Below are positions 38,741 through 52,776 of a DNA stretch of 64,000 nucleotides, piece by piece. The stretch lies in the NCBI GenBank assembly GCA_030704615.1, contig CM060733.1, positions 69,998,001-70,062,000 on the forward strand, read 5' to 3'. Source of the stretch: Takakia lepidozioides. Its lineage: Eukaryota; Plantae; Bryophyta. Below the pieces are notes generated by a model. The model was given only the letters and a program-made list of their open reading frames with translations, made no database searches and was not told the origin of the DNA. Position 1 is the first letter of the stretch. The number at the start of each line of letters is the position of its first letter. Both the position numbers and the translations under genes were made by a program.

Positions 38741-40831
38741 TGTCCATACATGTCCACAAGTGGACACATGATCTGCTGGACAGGTGGGGAGACGAGCTGC
38801 GTAGTGGTATTTGGTGACTCTGGAATGTGCGGATCGGGGACACGGATTTATCTCTTTCCAAGGACCCGGATAGATTCCGTCTTGCAATGTTACACGAGTG
38901 GAAGTGTTGTCAGTGGTTGTTTGTGGATAACATCTACATGCAGTACAACGGGGAATTCTCTCCGGAGACCCAGCATCGTTTGGGGATTAGGGGTGAGGAG
39001 CTGAACGGACATTCTGTGCACACCGTTCGATCCATTTCTACAATGGGTGGGACGATTCGGAGGAAGACGAGGTGGTGGTGCACTTTGATCAGATCCGCAA
39101 ACAAGTGCACTATGTTTTCAGGGTGATTGCAGCCTACATTGTCCATTTTTTGACGTAACAGCGTTATTTTTGCTGTACATAGTTTGCTGGTTTTGGTCTA
39201 CAATCCTAGATTTTTATGAAATTTGTAAAAAGAGACTCACAACATTGCACCTATCTACATGTAGTATCTACCTTCCAAGACTTGCCACCAAAAACCGTTA
39301 TCTCTAGAAGTGATGGACTTTATGAAAGGCCATAAGCTTTTGTTATAGTCCATACAAAACTTGTTATGGACTCACGAATATTTGCTAGATTCTGTAACAT
39401 ATATGGAATTTAATTGGAATAAGGGACTTGGTCCTCCCTTGCTCTTATGATAAAGAATCTAGTGTGAGAGTTTTTAAACATTACTCGTTAAACTAAATTC
39501 TATGTACTTTATCAACCTACCAATAACACCCATTTTCATAAAGTCCTTTACAATATGAAAACCAAAATACCCCATGAACTATCTTCATTAAATACAACCA
39601 TTTATTGTAGATGAAGGGTGGGGCAAGGTCAAAATTTCAACAACATGTATTTTTGTGATTATGGTCAAGTTTGGATTACGTCACCGACGGCACGTGGCGG
39701 CATATATCCTCCATACATCCCCCCCCCCCCCACAGTATCCCAACAATAGACGTTCCACATGATATAGTGCAAGTGAATCTATTTTTTTGGCTATTTTTCA
39801 CAATTTGTTTTTTTTTAAAATCTTATGTACTTTTATGTAGGCCACATCTTCAACTTTTTGGTCCACTCTTCGTTGCAACTACCCTTCACGTCGTCAGGAC
39901 AGGATGGTTAGTATGAATACCTAGTCAGTGTTACAGAGAAAACATTTTGCATCAGCATGTTTTTGTTCTCTGTAATATGGGAGGTTTACTATTTCATGAG
40001 CAGAAACCATGAGCCATGAGCCATGAGCCGCATGAGCCGCATGAGCGGTGAGCCGAAGTCTAAGATACGCGGATTTCATGAGCGGACTCCTCCAAATTTG
40101 GAAATGCAGCAGATTAAACAAGTATTAAAATAATAGTTTTTTATTTGACCTTGCCATTTTTGGACGTTCCAGATCATGTAATGCGGCGAAGATATGTCGT
40201 CAGTAACAAGTCCGCTCATGGTTTTATAGATCCGCTCATGGAAATAAGTGACCGTGCAACGGGAAATCCAGTATACCACTGCAAAAGGACGTCGCATACT
40301 GGCCTGTATAGAGTATTCCGCGGTTTTACATGCCTTAACATTGGAATGAAGCTGACCCTTTTGCCGCAATTGAACCAATGGAGTCTGCACCAATACAGTC
40401 TGCAGTACTTCACAATTCTGTCTTCTTCGGGTATTCGGCGGGAAAGGTTTGCAACTGAACTGGGAAATAAGGTGCCGCATTAGGGTTCGCACGTGCGAAA
40501 TTTCGGAGCGGTTTGGTGTTGGCGAAGGCCGCCTCTACCAGTACCTACGACGATACTTGGAAATGCGGCGCCGCATTTCCTTGTCGGAGGTCGAATGAGG
40601 AAAGCAAGTTTTCGGAAAGCAGAAAAACATGAACCCTCCAACATACAAAAATACATGCACGTGGAAACAAGTGAACGATATAGTAATATCTTAGTTCGAG
40701 CAAAACAGATTACTGGTAGGCAAGACATATGTCGGACCTTTCTGTGGCCAGAGTCTGAGGTACTGGCAGCAGTACAGTTCTACTATCCGAAAAGGATGGG
40801 CGTACCATTGTATTGGGACCGCAAGCCAAGC

Positions 40832-43800
40832 TCACTGGTCCCCTGGATCCATATTCAGAAGAGTGTGAACCTCCTGGGGGCTCAACCCTGGTGCATATAT
40901 GAAGTGATGAGTTGTGGAATTACAACGGAGTCTCTTTAGGTACACGTAGTACAAATGCTTGCAAGGGCAGTATGATGCCCCCTTGTTCGCCATGATCTGG
41001 AAGTCGGTGCAATTGCAGGTGGGTAATTCTGAAATGATGATGGTGTACACCTCATTGCGAACAGCTGAGCCTGCCGTGGCCATCTGATACACACGCCCGA
41101 ATCCGGGTGGGGGCACTTCAGTCGAGCTCTGGATTGTACAGTTCATCCGAAGTGCATTCCACATCCTTGTCTCGTTCACTTTTGAGGGAGGTCGCCGCCT
41201 CTTCGGTTTCCCCCAACGGTGTGTAGGATGCTTAGAGCTGTCGTGTCCCATTGTTCTTGCTCTCACAGGGGTCGGTGGTGGAGGCTGTGGAAGCGGAAAT
41301 GGTTGTCTGGGGACGTCAGTGCGCTGCACCATCCAAAATCCTGCGGCGGTAAGGGCGTCGGCCTCAACCTGACTCAGATCGCAGCCTGGTTCCACCGGCC
41401 ACACCGGGGGAGCCTCTGGCATTGTTTGTATGCCGTACTTGGGCTTTCCATACACGCAAGTCATAATGTCGTGCCTGCAGAACCAGAACTGGGTGGTTGT
41501 CGCCTCCGCAAACTTTGCATGGACAAATCTTCCTGTAAAAGTAGGAGCAGGGACAGCCCCATCTGGATTCCTCCTTATCATCTCTAAACAACGTTGCCGT
41601 GTATCCACACGAATTGCGGAACACCTTCCTCGAAACGACGGCTTTGTGCGAGCAATTCTCCACTGTGATGCAGACACAGTCGTCTCCACAATGGCTTGGC
41701 CATACTGCATAACAGCGGGCGGAATCTGGGGCAAGGGAGCGGTGGGAATTTCTCGCACGAAATCCCCGGTTGAAGACGACGGCGATCTGGAATTTCTTGG
41801 GCTTCCACTGCTGGAAGACACATTGTGCGGCAACATGACGGGACCTCGAGGTGCTGTCCGAATGTTCCTGTCGGATCTCCAGGAATCCTCTTCGCACCCG
41901 GGTTCCTCTTCAATCCTCCGCCTGACAGGGCAAGTCCGGACGTCCCCTCTAGGTGTTCACCTCTGCGGTGCAGAGGCGTCCCTTTGATCTTCTCTTGCAA
42001 TGCTGTCGCCCATTTCACTGGATTCTTGGACCTCGAAGCTGTTCGTACCAACAATTCCTCCCTGTCCGGCCCAAAGCCCCATTGTTTGCCACTCAGGAAC
42101 TTGTAGTACGTGGCTTGCTGCATGATTGCTCTGTCGATGTCCTCCGTTGTGGCCGTCACTACGTCCACCAGATGTGCGGTAGAAGACGCTCGCCAGGAGG
42201 AGTGGACCGATTCTGCCATATTCGTGTTCGGCATGTCCGTGTCGGAATCCAAGCACCGCTCCTAGAAGGACACAAACAATGGTGAGGGACCAATCGAAAT
42301 GTCCGTAACAGAAAGACAAATGAACGAAAATGACAGCAGCCTACCTCCCGCATGTACTGTCCGAACTGTCGATACCGAAAATGCCACCACCCCAACCAGC
42401 TGTGCAATGCTCCCAGATTGGTTGTCTCCACTGCACCTGACGTGTTCCACCAAGCCTCGATGATAGCAAACTTAACCTCCGCGTCATCAAATGTGGGTGC
42501 ATCCTTCCACGCCGTACAAATGACACGATGTTCAGCCTGGAATGAGCTAGCAACAAATTTGGTAGTGTAGTGGGATAGACTCTGCATCCAATGGAATCCA
42601 CAGGATCTCTCTTTCCCCTCCATTGGAACATTGGGGTCCTCACCGTACACACGCCGCACCGCTGCCCAGTTGGCCTGAGCGTTGTCTGCCATGAATCCCC
42701 TGAAATTGGGCTCTGGCAATCCCGCCCTTGCCATCTGCTCGTTTATGCCCTCCCACAGATGCATCTCGGACTGTGTGTCCTCCCCTTTCATCTCACAGAT
42801 TGCAATCGTCATGAGCCTCTTGGAGTGATAGTCATAAACATGCGCACCCATAGTCATCCACTGATGGTTTGTAATTCGCTTGATGTGATCAAACATCACC
42901 CAAGCATTCGACAAGTTTCCAGTTGTCATGCGAGTGACCAAGTCGACTCCACTCCCAGGCCCACACGTCGACATTTTGAAAATGTAACAACGATCGGATT
43001 CGCTGCCTTGCCTTGGAAACCTGCTACCTTGGATGTAGTCATATCCAGTCATTCGTTTCACCTCCAGGATTGAGTACATGTCCGACCCCCTGCCGAACTC
43101 CTGCTTGCAAGATACGATGTGATTCCGCACATTCGGACTACAAACGTGCGAGACGGACTCCAAGAGGTCACGCATCTCGTCTTCGGTCAAGGGCTCTCGG
43201 TCGGAACCATCTTCAGACATGATTTTGCCAAGAGCAATCTTGTGGGCTGCCTTCAGCTGAATCTGCTTTGGTCTGGCTCCGGGGCTCAATTTCACCTCCT
43301 CTTTTATGATGTCGTGTGCTTCCTGCACAGCCTCACGCATGTTGCCTCTCGCCAAGGGGTGGCAGTGGACCCCAACGTGTATGCAAGCTCAAGTCAAGTC
43401 CGGGAGCAAATGGATTACGTAATATTGCTTGGCTCTGCACATGGACATGCACATCGGTGGTTCTTTGCAATGTGCACACTTGAAAGAACCCGCAGGAGCT
43501 TGGCTGGAGACAATGAATGGATGATGCGTTGTGCCAGTCCAATCCGTCTCGTTTCTCCGCCCTCCTTTGGAGAGAAAGTGGAAGCAGGTGGGATTGAGGC
43601 ACCTCAGCTTCCCCGCACAGAGGACATATCGTACACGAACACCATCAGCAATTTTCGTGCTACTGGTCTTCGTCACACACCAGGGGTGTCCGTCATGCTT
43701 TCGATCCATGTCTGTTAACATCCCGGAGGCTTTGTTTGACGAAGAAACAGGTGGAAACTCGAAGATGACATTGCCATCGACTTTGGGAGGCAGAAACGTT

Positions 43801-44361
43801 ACCTTTCTGACTGGGAATTTGGCATAGTCGAGAGCAGCCAGCTCGGAGCGAGAACCATCGAGGTGATGTTGTCGTAGGAGCTGCACAATGGACCGGGTTG
43901 GAGTTATCAATGCAATCATCTTCCTCGTCGGAAATGTCAAATACGTCCACACGAGAAGCTATGGAGGGTCTTGACGGTCCAGGTCGGGAATGATTATCGT
44001 TGCATACCTCTCTGTTGGCAGTGGCCGCCTGTCGGTTTCCGGACTCCTTTGTGGATGGTGTGGGCAGCGACTGATTCGGAAAGGGAATGGGCATTCCCAC
44101 AGCTTGGTACAGGATGGTGTCTGATGGGGGTACGTGCCATTCGATTCCGCAACCTCCGTCGTTACCTAGCACGACAATGGTCTCGTCAACCTGTCCAGGA
44201 ACATCCTTCCTTTCTTCTTCCAAATAAACTGTGCCCGGTTTGAGCTTGAATTTGGAACAAAGGTAAGTTTCAGTCACTCTGCAAAGTCCTCCCTCGTTTG
44301 GGATCCAGGCTCTCCCAAGTTGCGGAGGACAGCAAACTATAGCGTAGGAATTCGGAGCCAT
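40832..44361 (-). pseudogene. Mutator-like transposase: WRKY/GCM1-like Zn domain, DDE core, SWIM finger
   Basis: CAGKLRCLNPTC..CAHC..HVGVHCHP; VMFDHIKR..FMADNAQAN..RSCGFHW (CxxH); an intron at 42344-42262, then TNMAESVHSSW (catalytic E); CNCTDF..CPCKH (SWIM). One in-frame stop at 43389 and several frameshifts. Confidence 0.8.
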
Positions 44362-44777
44362 CGAACACCGCACGAAGTTGGCAAGTGCGAGGTTCAGTAT
44401 AGCGACAGACCAAGGCTCACAGGCACCATGCGGAGTCCATCGACGATTGGAAGTCGCACATTGAAGTGGAAAGTATTGTTTCAAGCTACATGCATGAAGG
44501 TGGGAGGTTTGATTCCATAGCCAGTAAGTTAGACAATGATGGCCGATTCGGCGACGAAATAACATCTCCTGACAGTTTCTCCTAAGGGTGGATCCAGCAA
44601 TATTCTCGGTGCAGACAGGAACGTTCGCACTGACAAGTGCCAGTACTGTTAGTTAAAATGGTCAGACAACCAAGTTGTGCTCATCAAGACTGGCCGCAAT
44701 TGTGTTGTTTCCGAACAATGCAACCCATTCAGGTTCCAGATTTCCCGTCCCGAGTGATTCTTTCGATTGCTGGTGGA

Positions 44778-46325
44778 TGGAAATACGGCGCCGCATTTCC
44801 GTATTGCATCTTGGTCATGCACCAGAGCGACGGAAATGCGGCACCGAGTTTCCGTCCGGGGGAAACCTTTATACTCTCCAGAACGGAAATGCGGTAACGC
44901 ATTTCCATCCAGCAAGCACGGTATGTGAAGGTGGAACAGAAATGCGGTACCGCATTTCCGTTCTGATTGAGAATTATGAACAAAGGGAACAGAAATGCGG
45001 TACCGCATTTCCGTCCGAGTCGCACTTTCCGACATTCCAGAACGGAAATGCGGCACCACATATCCGCCCGGGTGAGACCTTAACACTCTCCAGAACGGAA
45101 ATGCGGTAACGTATTTCCATCCAGAAAGCACGGTATGTGAAGGTGGAACGGAAATGCGGTACCGCATTTCCGTTCTGATTGAGAATTATGAACAACGGGA
45201 ACAGAAATGCGGCACCGCATTTCCGTCCGAGTCGCACTTTCCGACATTCCAGAACGGAAATGCGGCGCCGCATTTCCATTTTGTATCTGATGCATGGAGC
45301 CGAGTGCAATTCCGACCGCTTGAGACAGCGCAATTCCGACCGGTTGAGACATTCATACTATCCCGCATTTCCGTTCTGACTGAAAATCGTGAACCATCGG
45401 AACTGAAATGCGGCAGCGCATTTCCATCCGAGTCGCACCTCCCAACATTCCAGAACGCAAATGCGGCACCGCATTTCCGTTCTGATGAAAAATCGTGAAA
45501 CATCGGAACTGAAATGCGGTCCCGCATTTCCGTCGGAGTCGCACCTTCCGACATTCCAAAACGGAAATGCGGCGCCGCATTACCGTTTTGTATGTGAGGC
45601 ATGGAGCTGTGGAACAAAAATGCGGCACCGCATTTCCGCCAGGGTCAGACCTTAATACTCTACAGAACGGAAATGCGGTACCGCATTTCCGTTCTGACTG
45701 AAAATCGTGAACAACGGGAACAGAAATTCGGCTCCGCATTTCCGTCCGAGTCGCACCTTCCGACATTCTCGAACGGAAATGCGGCGCCGCATTCCATTTT
45801 GTATACGAGGCCTGGAGCTGTGGGACGGAAATGTGGTGCCGCATTTCCATCCATGTGAGACCTTCAAACTTTCTTGACAGGAAATGCGGCACCGCATTTC
45901 TGTTCAAGTGAGACCTCTATACTTTCCCGAACGGAAATGTGGAACGGCATTTCCGTTCATCAACTGCGGTATGTGAAGGGGGAACGGAAATGCGGTACCG
46001 TATTTTGATTCAGATTGAAAATCATGAACCACGGGAACTGAAATGTTGTGCCGCATTTCCGTCCGAATCGCACCTTTCGACATTCCTGAACGGAAATGCG
46101 GCGCCGCATTTCCCTTTTGTATCTCATACATGGAGCTGTGGGACGGAAATGCGGCACCGTATTTCCGTTCAACAACTAAGGTATGTGAAGGTGGAACTGA
46201 AATGCGGTGCCGCATTTTCTTCCAACAAGTACGGATGTGTAGCTTCGTGATGGTACTTAACGGAAATGCGGCGCCGCATTCGCATTTTCACTCCAACTCA
46301 TCAGACGCTGGGACGGAAATGCCTT
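44778..46325. repeat. Array of 22-bp palindromes GGAAATGCGG(C/T)(G/A)CCGCATTTCC with ~53-bp period and ~211-bp higher-order unit
   Basis: About 27 copies counted by eye (e.g. 44833, 44885, 44939, 44992, 45043, 45096, 45150, 45203). Spacer types recur. Confidence 0.92.
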
Positions 46326-46719
46326 GAAATGTGAACACGTGGAGCAACGGAATTGCGGCACATGTCTGCACTCTATCTGACTGAAGTGGCATGAGGCGGC
46401 GCGGCCTGACCGTTGGATAATGATGTTTGTTTTTCGGACGGCAGGCGTACCCTAAACGATTCGAATTTCGTAATGACGCAAAGTCCATGAGGAGACACTT
46501 TCGTCCAACCCTTTCAAACCCAAGTGGTGCATCACCACCGTTTCATCTACTTTTGTCGTGTCTCCTCAGTCACCCCTCTCGCGCCCTTTCCATCTGCACT
46601 CTTTGCCCCTTTTCCCTGTCTCTGTTCTTCTTATGCTCGAACCTGAGAGGGGGGGATTTCGTGCACCATACAGGAGACCTCGTCGCAAGCTCCGAAAATT
46701 ATACTTCGGACGTAGGCCA

Positions 46720-49700
46720 ATGCCGAAGGGGAGGAAGCAGATGCGTCTACAGGAGGAGATTGCCATCTCCGAGCAGCAGGCCACTCAGGCAACCCAGCCA
46801 CCAGTGAGAGCTCCATGCGATCGGGCTGCGCGCAGCTGATCGAGCACCGAACCCCCCATTTTGCTTCTGTAATTCTTAGACTGAATGCTAGGAGACTTGA
46901 ATGCAGAACATGTTTGCATGCCTAACAGGAAAGGTGGACGTGCTGGAGGGATCGCAGGAAGAGTCCGAGGAGCTAGCTGCAGCACGTACACCCACCCGAT
47001 CCCCGAGCGCGAGTATTCCTGCCGGGCCTAGCCCTGTGCGTTTCAAAGACGTGGCTTCGAAGGGCAAGTTCAAAGCCCCAGAGATCGACTCGCGTTCTTC
47101 GGTCATGGAGAATCGCCAGCAGGGGTCGGGCCCTTCTCCAGCAAAGTCGAAGAAGAAGCAGCCCGTCCCTCTACTGGTTTCTGAACCGGCTCAGGCCGCT
47201 TCACCCCCACCAACGCGAATGAAGCAGCCTGGTAAAAGACAGATTCAATTGCAGCAGACACCTTCACCTGCAAGGATGAGGAAGCAGAAGGCAATCAGGG
47301 CGACGGCCGAACAATCTCCCGCAAAACCGCTTCCACGAGCTGAAGCTCAGTTCCTGGAGGATTTCCCGCCTGCAGATGTTGGGGCCGACTCTGCTGCAGC
47401 GAAGGCAATGGGATCGACCGTTTCTGTCGATTTGGTACCGGAGGAGGGTGTTGCCGCTCAACGTTCGCAGCAAGACCTCACCACCGATGAGCAAGCAGGC
47501 CCGGAGGAGGCTCTGCAATGGCAGAATTGCCCGCAGACAGGCCCCAGAGTGCAGCTCCAGTTGAGGATGCTCCAGCTGCTCAGCCACTACCGGCCTACAG
47601 ACATGTCTCCGGAGGATTTCAAAAGTGCAGCTGATAAAATGTTGGAGGAGACACACAGTAGCATTGGCAGAGTTCTGGGCAGCAGGGTATTCCAGCTGAC
47701 TCTTCGAATCCCACTCTGTCGCATGGTCTCCCTTCCCATCGTTAGGCAGGCCCTTCCCGGAGATGTGGATAAGCTCAAGTTCGCATTTCGAGAAGGGTAC
47801 CGTCTGGGATCGGCAGCGTTTTACGTTTCCATTGAGAATGAGGACGGCGAAACTCGTGGACCCACTGCCGATGAATTGTCAACGTGGGATACCACTGGCA
47901 CACTCGCAACAACGAATTCAAGGCGACGCTGAAGGGTGATCCAGACTTCGGCCATATGTCGGGTAAAATGTTCTTTGTGTGGGACGGGAATCACCGACTT
48001 CTCGCGTGGTGGGAGTACATCAAGCAGAACCATGCCAAGCACATTGGCTGGCATTACATGGTGGAGTGTGTCATCCTCAAGGTGAAGGCGGCAGACTCCT
48101 CCTTGCTCAAGAATGCCATGGCGGACCTCAACTCGTAAGATACTCATACCCTCCCAAGCACGTTTGAAATGCGGTGCCGCATTTCGGTTTCCAATCTGTT
48201 TTGTTTCCGTGCTTTCGTGGACTGAACTGGAGAGTGTGCCTTGCAGGGTCACTGAAAATGCATACGTGCATACCCACATGGCACATATGCTGTACAGGGT
48301 GAGGAAAACTGGTCTCACTGATCCGCACATGTTCGCGGAAATGCTGGAGCCCGAGCTCATTCAGAAAGCCGTGGCAAAAACTGACCGGACATGGTATCGT
48401 CTCACTATGGATGGAATGGTGGAGGTGATATACAAAGTAAGTCGTCCTCCGATTTCCCTCTGCTCATCCTTCAGATTGAAATTTCCAGTAATCTTTCCAC
48501 ATGAATCGAATGTAACGCTTCTGCATGTTTTTGTTGGCAGTCAAACATCAAGCTGGATTTGGCCCATGCCAACGCTTCTTCATGGAAAGTGAGGGGCAGG
48601 TGAAAACGTTGCAGTCATTGACTGAGCACTTGAAGGAAGCCGGTGTCAAGTCCAGAACCAAATACAAGTCAAAGCTTGTGAAGCTGGTGGCAATTGCAGA
48701 TCCGGCACTTGGAAAGGACTTCATCCCCGAGATTGCAAAACACTATTCTCGGGCCATGCAGCCGACCATGCAATTGGAGAAACTGCATCACCTCTCAACG
48801 GCATGTGTTGAGGCAAAAGAGAAGGTGAGGTTTCAATGCACTGAAGTTCCTTCCTAGCAATAGCCACTCTCTTCCAGCTCCTGACATTGGATCGGAAATG
48901 GCAGACACGGTGGCTGTCGATCAGGAATGCATCCGAGAGCATAAGGACAATGTGGTCTTTTCCACTCGAAGTTTCCGACCCTGCAGTGGATGTGTGGCTC
49001 AACCGCATGACTTGGTGGTTCCAGGTAATTCAAGGTACTTCCCCAGATTTGCTTTTCTGAAATGAATTCCCTGAACTGCTACGTGACAATGCATGTGGGA
49101 ATCGCAGGTAATGTCGAATGCGAAGGAGCAAGTCGTAATGCACACAAATTCGTTCGGGCTTGTACGTCAAATGGGATGGAACACAGACATTGGAAGACTA
49201 CGTGACACGTTTCAGATGTGCGTACAAGGACAACCTTTTCGCCAGAGAGCTACAGACAGCAAGAAGAGCGTGGAGTTTACACATCAGGAGGGAGCGGGGA
49301 AAGCTGCAATGCGAATTGTTTACAGGTGAAGCACAGCTGCCCTTGTATGCGAAGCCTGGTTACGAGGTTTGTCTCGGAAATGCGCACCCCGCATTCGCAT
49401 TTTATGTTTTCGGTGGCACTCTGCGAGTAGGTTCGTCCAATCTTATGCTCACGCATGCTGACTGCCTGTAGGTATATGAAATACGTGCTCCTTCAGACAG
49501 GGGCCCTGGCTCAAGAGCCCCGTTCTTCATGGCTTGGACCGTGGCGGGCCCAAGCTGTGTCTACACACCCGAGATGCAGAAACAATGGCATCCGCGCATC
49601 TCGTTGGATGCCCTGGTACCTGGATATGTCTGGCGGTATTGTTGACGAGTCTGAGAAAGATCTGCACGCCTTGGCAGAAGAGAAGAGAAAGGAAAGACGT

Positions 49701-51803
49701 GTCCCTGCTAGGCCAAAGTTGGCCAAGGAATCTGCTGCTCTGGAAGAATCCAGAAAGGCAGCTGAGATGGCACAAAAGACGGTGGATGCAGCTGTGCAGG
49801 CCCAACAGAAGGGGTCGAAGAAGAGAGAGGACTCGCCAGCAAGGAGCAGCTGTTGTGACACCCGCCAAAACGAAGAAGCAGAAAACAGCCTGTTCAGGAA
49901 GAGGGTGAGGAAGAGGACTCCGATGGAGACTTTGCAACCAGCCCACCCCCCCAAACGCAGGTTGCCTCCCCTGTGCCCACCGTTGTCACGAGAGGCACGA
50001 GAACTGGCTCGGCAAAGAAGGCACTCTTCAACCCCCCAGGGGGCACCCTTTCGAGCCGGTGGAAATGAAGAGGCCAAAAGTGGCTCCCAAACATTAGTCC
50101 AGTGTGTAAATGAGAGTTTCTTGCGGCTTTGGATGGACGGGCAGCCAAGTTGGCATACATGAAGACCATGGAGGGTCTGAAGGGCAGAGCACTGAAGAAG
50201 GCGACTGCCAAGAGCCTTCCGACACCCCAGGATTTCAGAAATATGGTCTCGTTCTTTGAGAGGGGTGTGCAGACAAGGATTGTAGGAGGGGCGGAATGCC
50301 ACCGAGTGGTCTTGCGATATGATCATCTTGGATATTCCGGACGGAGAGCCTGTGGAAGGACTGCAAGCTTTGCCATCTGGAACAGGTACCGGAGGACTTT
50401 TGGAAGAAAGGATTCGGGCTTGCCCGCATGGTGTTGGACGACAGAGGTTGTGTGGTTGTCCTGGCGAGCAGAGGAAAAAACACTCAGACAGGAATTGCGA
50501 AGTGGACCCGCAAGAGCGCCGTCCCGATTCTGAAAAAAAGAAGTGGACGTGCATCAACACACTGGGCCTTCGGTCGGAAGGGAAGAAGGTGATTACGACA
50601 CTGGCACTCGTCCATCATTTGCTTGGGTGTTTTCAAATGCGGTGCCGCATTCGGTTCTATCGTTCCCCTGTGTATGCAGACGAAGCAGTTCGATGCATAC
50701 TGCTTTGTGAAGGAGAACTCCACCTTTGCTTTTCGGAAGGAGGGAGGAAAGGTTGACCCGAACTGCGACCCCTCGATTACGATGTTCTGTTCAACAACGT
50801 TCCCAAGGAACTTCTCCCTCATAGCCTCAATTCACGGAACCCCTACGGTACTCACGGACTCGGAGCCCTGCCTTCATTCAGACAATTATGGAGACATGCA
50901 CAGACGTGGAGGGCACAGTGCTCGACCTCATTGTGGGACAGGTATGCAGAATCTTGATCTATGCTGTTCTGCAAATTCTCGTTAGGATGTAGTTCGCAAC
51001 ATCTGAAGCGCCATGTGGTAATGTGTGGATGGCATGTAACAGGTGCCTCAATGTGGGCTGGGCGGTTTCCGACGGCACCTCTTTGCCTACGAGGAGGATT
51101 CATCCGTGTGGGGATCCCATTGGAGGGCTGCAACGGAATGTTAAGGCTCCCAAAGAGCGGAAGTCTCCTCGGATTTGTCGGAGTCCGAGGAAGACACAGT
51201 GGACATTGATGCGGAGGAGAACCGGAATACGAGTGAGTGCAAACATTGTAAGTTTGCAAAGCCTTCTGGGTCATTTTTTGTCAAACGAATTTCCCGACTG
51301 TGGTTCTCATAGTCTCGTTGATGATTGTCATGTGCAGGGATTGCAGGGTCGGGTCGAAACATGTAGGGCCTACACTTCCTGCCAGGAAGGAAGAATGTCC
51401 CGTTTCTTGCGAGGGCCGACTTCATGACGAGCCCGGTGAGGGACTACTCCCTTCCTAGTTATGCAGCTAAACTCGCCAATACAGCGATTAGAAGAAGTGA
51501 GAATCCCAGTAAAGTACGCAGATTTTGGAGAGGGCTAGGGAGGACAGAAGGATAAGGAAAGAAAGAGTTGCAGCAGCTCAGACAGGTAGACGGGTACGAA
51601 AGTACATATGTGATTCAGCGGATGAGAGCGACGCAGACAGGGAGGAAGACGACCCAACGGAGGTTAGTGAGATGGACAGTTCCGCAAGGGGAAGATGGGA
51701 TTTTCGAAAGCCTGGCCAACGAGCAGTCGCTGGAGATGAGAAAGGCACTGAGGGGGTGGAGGCGGAGCAGGACAGTCTAGAGAACATGAGAGGATTCGGA
51801 TGA
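46720..51803 (+). pseudogene. Multi-exon gene: low-complexity N-terminus, ParB/Srx-like domain, C-terminal beta-class amino (N4C/N6A) DNA methyltransferase-like domain
   Basis: FFVWDGNHRLLAW at 47980; CDMIILDIPDG at 50331; FGLARMVLDDRGCVVV; RSPAFIQTIMETCTDVEGTVLDL-CGT|GASMWAGR..RRHLFAYEED (50860-51100). Reconstructed across frameshifts and GT-AG introns. Confidence 0.65.
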
Positions 51804-51949
51804 TTTTCAAGATTAATAGAATTTTAATGAAGTCTCTGTAAATGTAAATTCTCTTCCAGAGTATATAAAGGAAAATCTCCCCGACATTCGTGACCCCTCT
51901 CCAGTGTGCATTCCAGCCACACAATCGCCCAAACCACGACGCTCCAAAA

Positions 51950-52645
51950 TCAGAAATGGGGCACCGCATTTCCAAAATTGGCAACTCTAAAAACCTCTTT
52001 TGGAAATGCGGCACCGCATTTCCAAAACAGGGGGAGGGACTAAATTTTCCATTTCAATGTTGGCATAGTAAAAAGTAATCGGCCGATTGGAAATGCGGTG
52101 CCGCATTCCAAAATTTCCTTGGTCCACACGCCAGTTTTGGCTTCTCCGCTCATTGCATGGATGCCACCACGCTTACAGAGGTTCGAACAAGGAGGATCCA
52201 GATGGCGGAATTGGAAAATGCGGTGCCGCATTTCCATATTGGGGATGGTCGTGTTCGAACTGCAGGCCCATCAGCAAAAATTGGCACGCATTCCCATTGT
52301 AAAAAAAAAGCGATGACGGACATGGAAATGTGAGTGGTGGTAACGATTCCTCGAGCTGGTCGGAAATGGGTGCACTTTTCGAAGTGTTGGACGGAAATGA
52401 GGCACCGCATTCCCTTGTCAAAAAAGTTTCCATTGCCAAGCTGGAAGCGTCGCCGCATTTGCAATGCCAACCTCGTTGTCTGTCAATTATAGAGACGTGT
52501 TGGTATTTCGTGTACCTAGACGGAAATGATGCACCGCATTTCCATTGTCCGACACTGAAATGGGTTCATACATTTCCATGTCGGCATGGAAATGCGGAAC
52601 GCGTTCCAATGTCCGACATGGAAAGCGCGGGCGCAGCATTTCGAG
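51950..52645. repeat. Looser cluster of the same GGAAATGCGGCACCGCATTTCC palindrome
   Basis: Copies at ~51952, 52002, 52089, 52214, 52393, 52522 and 52588. Confidence 0.8.
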
Positions 52646-52776
52646 GACGCATGGCGTACTCTGATATTCTTGACACAATGACTCTCATACGGTTACTCTG
52701 GTATTATTCATCCGGACAGACAAAATTGTAGAGAAATGAGACATCAAATTGTAAACAGTGGGCCAAATGCCGACAG

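Noticed and set aside
44778-46325. CRISPR-like array (22-bp palindromic repeat plus ~31-bp spacers)
   Set aside because: Spacers recur in a ~211-bp higher-order unit, repeats are degenerate, there are no cas genes, and the context is eukaryotic.
44637-46327. Numerous short ORFs on both strands (also at 38116-38887 and 52040-52731)
   Set aside because: Artefacts of the ATG-containing palindromic repeats.
49511-50560. 349-aa minus-strand ORF
   Set aside because: Antisense shadow of the GC-rich exons of the ParB-MTase gene; no motifs.
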